The notes beneath the pieces were generated by a model, which had not been told where the DNA came from, did no database searches, and saw only the letters and a program-made list of their open reading frames with translations. A DNA stretch of 64,000 nucleotides. Origin: Squalus acanthias. Its lineage: Eukaryota. Positions 46,601 through 59,554 of the stretch are shown here, one piece after another. Location of the stretch: contig CM059431.1 of NCBI GenBank assembly GCA_030390025.1, positions 145,268,001 through 145,332,000 on the forward strand. Direction: 5' to 3'. Every line of letters starts with the position of its first letter. Position 1 is the first letter of the stretch. Position numbers and translations under genes: made by a program.

Positions 46601-49600
46601 CCTCACTGGGAGAGACACACACTGTACACAGGGACACTTGTTACAGAGTCTGACTCCTCACTGGGAGAGACACACACTGTACACAGGGACACTTGTTACA
46701 GAGTCTGACTCCTCACTGGGAGAGACACACACTGTACACAGGGACACTTGTTACAGAGTCTGACTCCTCACTGGGAGAGACACACACTGTACACAGGGAC
46801 ACTTGTTACAGAGTCTGACTCCTCACTGGGAGAGACACACACTGTACACAGGGACACTTGTTACAGAGTCTGACTCCTCACTGGGAGAGACACACACTGT
46901 ACACAGGGACACTTGTTACAGAGTCTGACTCCTCACTGGGAGAGACACACACTGTACACAGGGACACTTGTTACAGAGTCTGACTCCTCACTGGGAGAGA
47001 CACACACTGTACACAGGGACACTTGTTACAGAGTCTGACTCCTCACTGGGAGAGACACACACTGTACACAGGGACACTTGTTACAGAGTCTGACTCCTCA
47101 CTGGGAGAGACACACACTGTACACAGGGACACTTGTTACAGAGTCTGACTCCTCACTGGGAGAGACACACACTGTACACAGGGACACTTGTTACAGAGTC
47201 TGACTCCTCACTGGGAGAGACACACACTGTACACAGGGACACTTGTTACAGAGTCTGACTCCTCACTGGGAGAGACACACACTGTACACAGGGACACTTG
47301 TTACAGAGTCTGACTCCTCACTGGGAGAGACACACACTGTACACAGGGACACTTGTTACAGAGTCTGACTCCTCACTGGGAGAGACACACACTGTACACA
47401 GGGACACTTGTTACAGAGTCTGACTCCTCACTGGGAGAGACACACACTGTACACAGGGACACTTGTTACAGAGTCTGACTCCTCACTGGGAGAGACACAC
47501 ACTGTACACAGGGACACTTGTTACAGAGTCTGACTCCTCACTGGGAGAGACACACACTGTACACAGGGACACTTGTTACAGAGTCTGACTCCTCACTGGG
47601 AGAGACACACACTGTACACAGGGACACTTGTTACAGAGTCTGACTCCTCACTGGGAGAGACACACACTGTACACAGGGACACTTGTTACAGAGTCTGACT
47701 CCTCACTGGAGAGACACACACTGTACACAGGGACACTTGTTACAGAGTCTGACTCCTCACTGGGAGAGACACACACTGTACACAGGGACACTTGTTACAG
47801 AGTCTGACTCCTCACTGGGAGAGACACACACTGTACACAGGGACACTTGTTACAGAGTCTGACTCCTCACTGGGAGAGACACACACTGTACACAGGACAC
47901 TTGTTACAGAGTCTGACTCCTCACTGGGAGAGACACACACTGTACACAGGACACTTGTTACAGAGTCTGACTCCTCACTGGAGAGACACACACTGTACAC
48001 AGGGACACTTGTTACAGAGTCTGACTCCTCACTGGGAGAGACACACACTGTACACAGGGACACTTGTTACAGAGTCTGACTCCTCACTGGGAGAGACACA
48101 CACTGTACACAGGACACTTGTTACAGAGTCTGACTCCTCACTGGGAGAGACACACACTGTACACAGGGACACTTGTTACAGAGTCAGACTCCTCACTGGG
48201 AGAGACACACACTGTACACAGGGACACTTGTTACAGAGTCTGACTCCTCACTGGGAGAGACACACACTGTACACAGGGACACTTGTTACAGAGTCTGACT
48301 CCTCACTGGGAGAGACACACACTGTACACAGGGACACTTGTTACAGAGTCTGACTCCTCACTGGGAGAGACACACACTGTACACAGGACACTTGTTACAG
48401 AGTCTGACTCCTCACTGGGAGAGACACACACTGTACACAGGGACACTTGTTACAGAGTCTGACTCCTCACTGGGAGAGACACACACTGTACACAGGACAC
48501 TTGTTACAGAGTCTGACTCCTCACTGGGAGAGACACACACTGTACACAAGGACACTTGTTACAGAGTCTGACTCCTCACTGGGAGATACACACTGTGCAC
48601 AGGGACACTTGTTACAGAGTCTGACTCCTCACTGGGAGAGACACACACTGTACACAAGGACACTTGTTACAGAGTCTGACTCCACACTGGGAGAGACACA
48701 CTGTACACAGGGACACTTGTTACAGAGTCTGACTCCTCACTGGGAGATACACACACTGTACACAGGGACACTTGTTACAGAGTCTGACTCCTCACTGGGA
48801 GAGACACACACTGTACACAGGGACACTTGTTACAGAGTCTGACTCCTCACTGGGAGAGACACACACTGTACACAAGGACACTTGTTACAGAGTCTGACTC
48901 CTCACTGGGAGATACACACTGTACACAGGGACACTTGTTACAGAGTCTGACTCCTCACTGGGAGAGACACACACTGTACACAAGGACACTTGTTACAGAG
49001 TCTGACTCCACACTGGGAGAGACACACTGTACACAGGGACACTTGTTACAGAGTCTGACTCCTCACTGGGAGATACACACACTGTACACAGGGACACTTG
49101 TTACAGAGTCTGACTCCTCACTGGGAGAGACACACACTGTACACAGCGACACTTGTTACAGAGTCTGACTCCTCACTGGGAGAGACACACACTGTACACA
49201 GGGACACTTGTTACAGAGTCAGACTCCTCACTGGGAGAGACACGCACTGTACACAGGGACACTTGTTACAGAGTCTGACTCCTCACTGGGAGAGACACAC
49301 ACTGTACACAGGGACACTTGTTACAGAGTCTGACTCCTCACTGGGAGAGACACACACTGTACACAGGGACACTGTTACAGAGTCTGACTCCTCACTGGGA
49401 GAGACACACACTGTACACAGGGACACTTGTTACAGAGTCTGACTCCTCACTGGGAGAGACACACACTGTACAGAGGGACACTTGTTACAGAGTCTGACTC
49501 CTCACTGGGAGAGACACACACTGTACACAGGGACACTAGTTACAGAGTCAGACTCCTCACTGGGAGAGACACGCACTGTACACAGGGACACTTGTTACAG

Positions 49601-52600
49601 AGTCTGACTCCTCACTGGGAGAGACACACACTGTACACAGGGCCACTTGTTACAGAATCCGACTCCTCACTGGGAGAGACACACACTGTACACAGGGACA
49701 CCTGTTACAGAGTCTGACTCCTCACTGGGAGAGACACACACTGTACACAGGGACACTTGTTACAGAGTCTGACTCCTCACTGGGAGAGACACACACTGTA
49801 CACAGGACACTTGTTACAGAGTCTGACTCCTCACTGGGAGAGACACACACTGTACACAGGGACACTTGTTACAGAGTCTGACTCCTCACTGGGAGAGACA
49901 CACACTGTACACAAGGACACTTGTTACAGAGTCTGACTCCTCACTGGGAGACACACACTGTACACAGGGACACTTGTTACAGAGTCTGACTCCTCACTGG
50001 GAGAGACACACACTGTACACAGGGACACTTGTTACAGAGTCTGACTCCTCACTGGGAGAGACACACACTGTACACAGGGACACTTGTTACAGAGTCTGAC
50101 TCCTCACTGGGAGAGACACACACTGTACACAGGGACACTTGTTACAGAGTCTGACTCCTCACTGGGAGAGACACACACTGTACACAGGGACACTTGTTAC
50201 AGAGTCTGACTCCTCACTGGGAGAGACACACACTGTACACAGGACACTTGTTACAGAGTCTGACTCCTCACTGGGAGAGACACACACTGTACACAGGACA
50301 CTTGTTACAGAGTCTGACTCCTCACTGGGAGAGACACACACTGTACACAGGGACACTTGTTACAGAGTCTGACTCCTCACTGGGAGATACACACTGTACA
50401 CAGGGACACTTGTTACAGAGTCTGACTCCTCACTGGGAGAGACACACACTGTACACAAGGACACTTGTTACAGAGTCTGACTCCTCACTGGGAGAGACAC
50501 ACTGTACACAGGGACACTTGTTACAGAGTCTGACTCCTCACTGGGAGAGACACACACTGTACACAGGGACACTTGTTACAGAGTCTGACTCCTCACTGGG
50601 AGAGACACACACTGTACACAGGGACACTTGTTACAGAGTCAGACTCCTCACTGGGAGAGACACACACTGTACACAGGGACACTTGTTACAGAGTCTGACT
50701 CCTCACTGGGAGAGACACACACTGTACACAGGGACACTTGTTACAGAGTCTGACTCCTCACTGGGAGAGACACACACTGTACACAGGGACACTTGTTACA
50801 GAGTCTGACTCCTCACTGGGAGAGACACACACTGTACACAGGGACACTTGTTACAGAGTGCGACTCCTCACTGGGAGAGACACACACTGTACACAGGGAC
50901 ACTTGTTACAGAGTCTGACTCCTCACTGGGAGAGACACACACTGTACACAGGGACACTTGTTACAGAGTCTGACTCCTCACTGGGAGAGACACACACTGT
51001 ACACAGGGACACTTGTTACAGAGTCTGACTCCTCACTGGGAGAGACACACACTGTACACAGGGACACTTGTTACAGAGTCTGACTCCTCACTGGGAGAGA
51101 CACACACTGTACACAGGGACACTTGTTACAGAGTCTGACTCCTCACTGGGAGAGACACACACTGTACACAGGGACACTTGTTACAGAGTCTGACTCCTCA
51201 CTGGGAGAGACACACACTGTACACAGGGACACTTGTTACAGAGTCTGACTCCTCACTGGGAGAGACACACACTGTACACAGGGACACTTGTTACAGAGTC
51301 TGACTCCTCACTGGGAGAGACACACACTGTACACAGGGACACTTGTTACAGAGTCTGACTCCTCACTGGGAGAGACACACACTGTACACAGGGACACTTG
51401 TTACAGAGTCTGACTCCTCACTGGGAGAGACACACACTGTACACAGGGACACTTGTTACAGAGTCTGACCTCTCACTGGGAGAGACACACACTGTACACA
51501 GGGACACTTGTTACAGAGTCTGACTCCTCACTGGGAGAGACACACACTGTACACAGGGACACTTGTTACAGAGTCTGACTCCTCACTGGGAGAGACACAC
51601 ACTGTACACAGGGACACTTGTTACAGAGTCTGACTCCTCACTGGGAGAGACACACACTGTACACAGGGACACTTGTTACAGAGTCTGACTCCTCACTGGG
51701 AGAGACACACACTGTACACAGGGACACTTGTTACAGAGTCTGACTCCTCACTGGGAGAGACACACACTGTACACAGGGACACTTGTTACAGAGTCTGACT
51801 CCTCACTGGGAGAGACACACACTGTACACAGGGACACTTGTTACAGAGTCTGACTCCTCACTGGGAGAGACACACACTGTACACAGGGACACTTGTTACA
51901 GAGTCTGACTCCTCACTGGGAGAGACACACACTGTACACAGGGACACTTGTTACAGAGTCTGACTCCTCACTGGGAGAGACACACACTGTACACAGGGAC
52001 ACTTGTTACAGAGTCTGACTCCTCACTGGGAGAGACACACTGTACACAGGGACACTTGTTACAGAGTCTGACTCCTCACTGGGAGAGACACACACTGTAC
52101 ACAGGGACACTTGTTACAGAGTCTGACTCCTCACTGGGAGAGACACACTGTACACAGGGACACTTGTTACAGAGTCTGACTCCTCACTGGGAGAGACACA
52201 CACTGTACACAGGACACTTGTTACAGAGTCTGACTCCTCACTGGGAGAGACACACACTGTACACAGGGACACTTGTTACAGAGTCTGACTCCTCACTGGA
52301 GAGACACACACTGTACACAGGGACACTTGTTACAGAGTCTGACTCCTCACTGGGAGAGACACACACTGTACACAGGACACTTGTTACAGAGTCTGACTCC
52401 TCACTGGGAGATACACACACTGTACACAGGGACACTTGTTACAGAGTCTGACTCCTCACTGGGAGAGACACACACTGTACACAGGGCACTTGTTACAGAG
52501 TCTGACTCCTTACTGGGAGAGACACACACTGTACACAGGGACACTTGTTACAGAGTCTGACTCCTCACTGGGAGAGACACACACTGTACACAGGGACACT

Positions 52601-52687
52601 TGTTACAGAGTCTGACTCCTCACTGGGAGAGACACACACTGTACACAGGACACTTGTTACAGAGTCTGACTCCTCACTGGGAGAGAC
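37599..52687. repeat. 55-bp satellite array, ~275 copies, open-ended at the gap
   Basis: Consensus gggacacttgttacagagtctgactcctcactgggagagacacacactgtacaca; diverged at the left edge, homogeneous internally. Confidence 0.99.
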
Positions 52688-52887
52688 NNNNNNNNNNNNN
52701 NNNNNNNNNNNNNNNNNNNNNNNNNNNNNNNNNNNNNNNNNNNNNNNNNNNNNNNNNNNNNNNNNNNNNNNNNNNNNNNNNNNNNNNNNNNNNNNNNNNN
52801 NNNNNNNNNNNNNNNNNNNNNNNNNNNNNNNNNNNNNNNNNNNNNNNNNNNNNNNNNNNNNNNNNNNNNNNNNNNNNNNNNNNNNNN
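52688..52887. other. Assembly gap (200 N)
   Basis: Run of N. Confidence 1.
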
Positions 52888-55800
52888 GATTTTTATGTCC
52901 TCCTCACTTACTACTTTTCCCTCCCATCTTAGTATCATCTGCAAACTTTGATATGTTACACTCGGTCCCCTCCTCCAAATCGTTAATATAGATTGTAAAG
53001 AGTTTGGGACCCAGCACTGATCCCTGCGGAACACCACTAGTTACTGATTGCCAGTCTGAGAATGAACCATTTATCCCAACGATATGCCTTCTGTTAGATA
53101 GCCAACCCTCTATCCATGCCAGAATATTACCCCAATCCCATGATTTTTTATCTTAAGCAATAATCTTGTGTGGCACCTTGTCAAATGCCTTTTAGAAGTC
53201 TAAATACACCACATCCACTGGTTCCCCTTTATCCACCCTGCATGTTACTTCCTCAAAGATCTCCAGCAAATTTGTCAAACATGACTTCCCCTTCATAAAA
53301 CCATGCTGCCTTTGTCCTATTAAATTATGATTATCCAAATGTCCCGTTACTCTCTCCTTAATAATGGACTCCAAAATTTTACCCACCACAGATGTTAGGC
53401 TAACCGGTCTATAGTTTCCAGCCTTCTGTCTACTGCCCTTTTTAAATAAGGGTGTTACATTAGCAGTTTTTCAGTCTGCCGGGATCTTTGCTAAGTCCAG
53501 GGAGTTTTGGAAAATTATTACCAATGCATCCACAATCCCTAACGCCACTTCTCTCAAGACTCTAGGCTGTAAGCCATCAGATCCAGGTGATTTATCCGCC
53601 TTGAGTCCCATTATTTTACCGAGTACCACTTCCTTAGTGATTTTGATCGTGTTTAACTCCTCCCCCCCTAGAGCCCCCTGTTTGTCCAGTGTTGGGATAT
53701 TCTTAGTGTACTCTACTGTAAAGACTGATACAAAATATTCATTCAGTGTTTTTGCCATTTCCATATTTCCCACCATTAATTTCCCGGTCTCATCCTCTAA
53801 GGGACCAACATTTACATTAGCCACCCTTTTTCTTTTTATATAACTATAAAAACTCTTACTATCTGTTTTTATATTTTTTACTAATTTACTTTCATAATCT
53901 ATCTTCCCGTTCTTAATCAATCTTTGTTATTTTTTGCTGTCTTTTAAGGTTTTCCCAATCCTCTATCCTCCCACTAGATTTGGCTACCTTATAAGCCCTT
54001 GTTTTTAGTCGAATACTATCCTTAATTTATTTACTTAGCCACAGATGACTGTCTTTTCTTTTACACCCTTTTCTTCTCAGTGGAATATTTTTTTTTCAGA
54101 AGTTGTAAAATAACTATTTAAATGTACACCACTGATCATGTATCATCTTACCCTTTAATCTATTTTCCCAATCCACTCTACTCAATTCCGCTCGCATACC
54201 TTCATAGTCTCCTTTATTCAAGCTTAGCAAGCTTGTTTGAGATCCATCCATCTCACCCTCTAATTGAATATGGAATTCAACCATGTTTTGGTCACTCATT
54301 CCAAGGGGATCCTTTACTAGGACATTTTAAATTAATCCTGTCTCGTTACACAGGACCAGATCTAAGGTTGCTTGCCCCCTGGTCAGTTCAGTTACATACT
54401 GCTCAAGAAACCCATCCGTAATACACTCAATGAACTCATCCTCAAGGCAGCCCTACCCAATTTGATTTGTCCAATTAATATGATAGTTAAAATCCCTCAT
54501 AATTAAAGATGTTCCCTGATTACAAGCCTCAACTATTTCCTGATTGATACTCCGTCCAACAGAGTTGCAACTGTTCGGAGGCCTATAGACTACGCCCACT
54601 AGTGTTTTTTTCCCCCTTTTTATTCCTTATCTCCACCCAAACTGTTTCATTATTCTGATCTTTTGACCAAATATCATTTCTCTGTATTACAGTGATTCCT
54701 TCCTTTATTAACATAGCCACCCCACCTCCCCTTCCTTCCTGCCTGTCCTTCCTGATCGTTGAATAACCTGGTATGTTTAATTCCCAGGCATTGTCACCCT
54801 GCAGCCATGTTTCTGTAATGGCCTCAAGATCATACCCATATGTAGTTATTTGTGCCATTAACTCGTCTATTTTGTTATGAATGCTACGTGCATTCAGATA
54901 GAGAACTTTCAAATATGTTTTGTGACACTTAGTTCCTGCTTTTGCCCTTTTTATTACTTTACCTTTTACTCCATACCTTCTGCCCCTTCCTGACACACTC
55001 TGGTTTTTAATTTCCCCACTGCTACCTAAGTCTATGACCTTCTCTGTTGTCATTTTTATTATTTGCTCTCTAGGAACCTCCTCCCCACTAGTTAGTTTAA
55101 AGCCCTCTCTACAGCCCTAGTTATGTGATGCGCCAGGACTCCAGTCCCAGCACTGGCCAAGTGAAGCCCGTCCCAACAGAACAGCTCCCTCCTGCCCCAG
55201 TCCTGGTGCCAGTGTCCCAGGAAGCAAAACCCATTTCTCCCACACCAGTCTTTGAGCCACTCATTTAACTCTCTAATTTTATTTGTCCTAGCCAAATTCG
55301 CTCGTGGCTCAGGTAATAATCCAGAGATTTATACCCTTGAGGTTCTGTTTTTTTAATTTGAACCCTAGCTGCTCATACTCCTTTAACAGAACCTGCTTCT
55401 TTGTCCTATCTATGTCGTTTGTACCAACATGGACCACGAAAACTGGATCCACCCCCTCCCACTGCAAGTTTCTTTCCAGCCCAGAGGAGATGTCCTTAAC
55501 CCTGGCACCGGGCAGGCAACACAGCCTACGGGACTCTCGCTCTCGGCTGCAGAGAACTCTATCTATCCCCCTAATAATACTATCCCCTACCACTACAACA
55601 TTTCTATTTACTCCCCCCTCTTGAATGGCCCCCCGCTCCACGGTGCTGTGGCCAGGTTGCTCATCCTCCCTGCAGTGCCTGCTCTCGTCCCCACCGGGAG
55701 TAAAAACCTCGAACCTGTTGGACAAGAGCAAGGGCTGCGGCTCCTCGAACACTACCTCCTGGATCCCCGTACCTGCCTCACTCATAGTCACACCGTCCTG

Positions 55801-56830
55801 TCCCTGACCATGGGCTACATCTGAATTAATTAACTTCATAGGTGTGACCACCTCCTGAAACACAAAGTCCAGGTACTTCTCCCCCACCCTGATGTGTCGC
55901 AGTGTCTGAAGCTCAGACTCCAGCTCATCAATACCGAGCTGGAGTTCCTGTAGCAGCAGACACTTGTCACAGACGTAATCACCGTGAGCCTCAATGTGGT
56001 CCACCGGCTCCCACATCTCGCAACAGTAACACATCACCTGCTCCATTCTATGTAATTAATTATTTTTTTTATTGCAAGTTATGGCCACTCTCTGCCCGCT
56101 TATAGATGCTAGTGACCTCTCTAATTAATTAGATTTAAATTAAATCAATCCCTCTAAATTACACCAGTTAAATGGTTTACCAAATGTCACTCTGCACCAG
56201 AAAGGCCTTATTAACTACAACCCACAGAGTTTAAGTTTAAAAAGAGAGAAATACTCACCAACCAATTACTTACCTGCTTTCTGGTGACGTCACACCTCGA
56301 TTATTTTTAACTCTCTCCCTCCCTCCGAGTTCGGAGACTGGTCCCGCCTTACCTGGTCTCTGGAGCCTTTTAAACCCACTGCCACTGCCTCGCCTCACGC
56401 AGGTCTGCCGCCACACCAGGAAGCTGACAAAGATGGAAAAAGGAAGGCACACCTCCCTCCCCGAACTCCCTCACTCACTAAACTCGCAGCTGAGCACTTT
56501 GTTCCAAATCTGCACCCTCGTCTCCCTTATTTATACTGCTGAGATTTAAATAAGTGAGCTCTCTGGGAGTTACAGAAACAGATTAGACCAGTTAATTAAT
56601 TAATTACTATCACCTGCTCTCCAGCACAGAGCTTGCTTAGCCCTGCCCAAGCCTGGAAGAAACTTAAAACTTGAAACAGTAAATTTAAATGCTAATTGCA
56701 AGCACACAAGACTAGAATTTATAAACATTTATAAAAATAAGAGGTTAACCTTTAAGATTTACTCCCTCACTCACCAAACTCGCAGCTTAGCACTCTGTTG
56801 CAAATCTGCACTCCGTAACAAACTGCACTC
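52888..56830 (-). mobile_element. CR1 LINE with 5' UTR, ORF1 and ORF2; 3' end lost in the gap
   Basis: ORF1 ~56046-55092: CxxC..CxxC + leucine zipper, then SGNH esterase (VVGDSIIRGID, HVGTND, DGLHL) with a frameshift. ORF2: YLNARSI, AITETWL (APE) and RT motifs. A ~50-bp direct repeat lies in the 5' UTR (56465, 56761). Confidence 0.93.
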
Positions 56831-58605
56831 TAGTCCCCTACCCTGTATCCTGAGACTTTAACCCCTCGTTCTAGACCCCCCAGCCAGGGGCAACATCCTC
56901 CCTGCATCCAGGCTGTCTAGCCCTGTAAGAATTGTCTGTGTTTCAATGAGGTCCCCTCTCATTCTTCTAAACTCTAGTGAATACAGGCCTAGGTTACCCA
57001 ATCTCTCCTCATACGACACTCCTGCCATCCCAGGAATCAGTCTGGTGAACCTTCGCTGCACTCCCTCTACAACAACATAGGAGGAGGTCATTCAGCCCCT
57101 CGAGTCTGTTCCTCCATTTAATTAGATCAGGGTGATCTGTATCTTAACTCCACCCCCCTGCCTCGGTTCCGTTGTCATATTGGCCTGTTTCTTGTATCTT
57201 TACTATATACAAGTTTTAGACTGTGATTGACTTTGTTCAAATTCTGCATCATTGTCTCTATTATTGCCGAAAATCCCACTGAGCTCGAGAATGGCTTTTC
57301 CTAGTTGCACTTCCAGCATCCTGGATGGTGTGAGTGTTCCGGAGTCTGAGGTTTGCTGCCATTGAGGCAACGATAGGAACATGGGAGAAGTGGGAAACCG
57401 CGGTTAGGGTCTGCTGTCAAGGATCCGATATAGAATGACGTAGGAGGTCATTGGGCCCACCGTGCCTGTGCCGAATCTTTGAAAGAGCTATCCAGTTAGG
57501 TGCACTCCACAGAGCATGTGTAGTCAGGGGTTAAGCAGCAGAATTGATAGCAAGCTGGCTACAAAACAGAAAACCGAGTAGCGGTGAAATGTGGTTATTA
57601 GGACTGGCAAAAGGTGAAAAGTGGTGTTCCACAAGGATCGGTGCTGGGACCACTGTTGTTCACCATTTACATAAACAGCTCGGGAATCGGATGTACAATT
57701 CCAAAATTGGCGGCCAACACCAAATTGTGGGTGGAATTAATAGCGGAGGGCTGTGACAAAGTATAGGAAGAAATGAATACACTTGCAGAATGCACGTGTA
57801 ATTAGCAAATGAACTTCAAGATAGATATGTGTGAGGTGCTATACTTTGGTAGGAAGAATAAGGTGGTCACATACTCCTTGGAATTTAGTAGCAGTGGGAT
57901 CGAGGGATACATGTACACAAATCATTAAAGGTAGCGACGCAGCTGAATAAGGCCATTAAAAAGCAAACAAAGCACTGGGGTTAATTTCTAGCGAGGTAGA
58001 ATTGAAAAGCCGAGAATTCATGTTAAACTTGTATCGAATCTTGGTTAGACAACGCTTGGAGGACCGTGAACAGTTCTGGTCTCATATTATAAAAACGATA
58101 GAGACACTGGAGGTGAAAGAAGCATTTACGAGGATAATAACAGAACTAAAAGTTTATACATATCAATAAAGATTGTACAGGCTGGGGCTCTTTATTCTAC
58201 ATAAGAGAAGACTGAGGTGTTACCTGATAAACTTTTTCATAATCTTGAAGAACTCTGATAGGGTAGATGTAGAGAAGATGTTTCCACTTGTGGGGCAGAA
58301 AAGTATCAGCGGCCAGAAATACAATATAGTCACTAATAAATGCTATAGGAAATTCAGGAGAAATTTCTTTACCCAGAGAGAGTTTAGAATGTGGAATTCG
58401 CTAACACTGAGTAGTTAAGATGACCAGCATAGATACATTCAAGGGGAACCTAGATGGATACATGAGAGAAAAGGGAATAGAAGGATATGTTAATGGGGTT
58501 GGATGAAGAAGGATAAGAGGAGGCTCGTGTGGACCATAAACACCAGAAAGGACCTGTTGGATCTGTTGGCCGGTTTCTGTGCTGCAAATACTATGTAATA
58601 CTCAA
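56830..58605. mobile_element. Patchwork of CR1 fragments (56830-57170 minus; 57520-58605 plus)
   Basis: EGVQRRFTRLIPGM..LGLYSLEFRRMRGDL on the minus strand; FRRNFFTQREFRMWNSL and a 3' UTR on the plus strand. Confidence 0.8.
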
Positions 58606-59364
58606 GTGGGCAAAAGATCTAATTTGAATTGGTGTTATGAAAGGACTATTATAAAAACACATTCAATGAATGTATGTGTAAAACTGCTCCAAAAATGTTC
58701 GCAAATTCTGAAGCACAACTTATCTAGGGAATGATTAGGAGGAAAAGTCCATTTGGCCCCACAAGGCTGTCCCTGTTACAAAAATGAACCCACCCATCCC
58801 TCCTCTGTGTATCCACACAAACACGTTCAATTGTATCCAGTCCCCAATTACACTGCTCTATTAATGTCCTTCCCTGGTAACTTGTTCCCTGCTCTATTAC
58901 CCTTTGGTAAAAAAAAATCCTGATATCCCTTCACTTCTGATTTTCAATATTCTGCATTATTAATTATTTTAGTCATTGTTTCCTGCAATAATGTTGTGAA
59001 TTCCATTAAAACGTTTCAATACTGATGTCTTTTGCTCAAACAAAATACATCAAACCCCTCAACCTAAACTCCTAATATCTTGCATCATCTTTTATTCCCC
59101 ATTACCTTCAAAATGGCGGTATCCTTTAACTTTGATCAGGTGACTATAGAAGTGTAGGTAATACCCCAGATAACCTGCCCGAGTCCTGAAATGACCGTAA
59201 TTTAACACTAACCTATTCACAGTCTGTCTCTCTCTCTGCACACAATACCCCAGATAATATGTCCAAATCCTGATACAATAACAGTGGAACGGCTGTTTAG
59301 AGATGGTGAACAAAAATGAGAAGTCGCGCAACACCAGGTTATAGTCCAACAGTTTTATTTAAAA

Positions 59365-59402
59365 TTACGAGCTTTCGGAGCTGCTGCCCCTTCGCCAGGT
59401 AG
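59365..59402 (-). ncRNA. Hammerhead motif variant (core A6>G)
   Basis: Minus strand UAC-CUGGCGA-A-GGGGC-agca-GCUCC-GAAA-GC-UC-GUA. Confidence 0.7.
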
Positions 59403-59554
59403 AGGTACAGTGAGGGAATCTATTACACAGTATATATACACAGAGAGCAATTTGTCTACAGAGATACAATCTGTTAGGAAGGCATTACATCAAAGACACA
59501 TCAGAGGACAGCTAAGACAATGAGGTGGGTCACAGGGGGTCCAACGTGTCAAAT

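Noticed and set aside
37599..52687. Many ORFs (MLQSLTPHWERHTLY...) and a CRISPR-like appearance
   Set aside because: These are translations of a 55-bp satellite. There are no unique spacers or cas genes, and the context is eukaryotic.
37599..52687. RSS-like heptamers (cactgta, cacaggg) in the satellite
   Set aside because: No nonamer at 12- or 23-bp spacing and no V/J segments nearby.
55092..56046. Host SGNH esterase gene
   Set aside because: It is CR1 ORF1 (zinc finger/leucine zipper + esterase), directly upstream of APE-RT ORF2.
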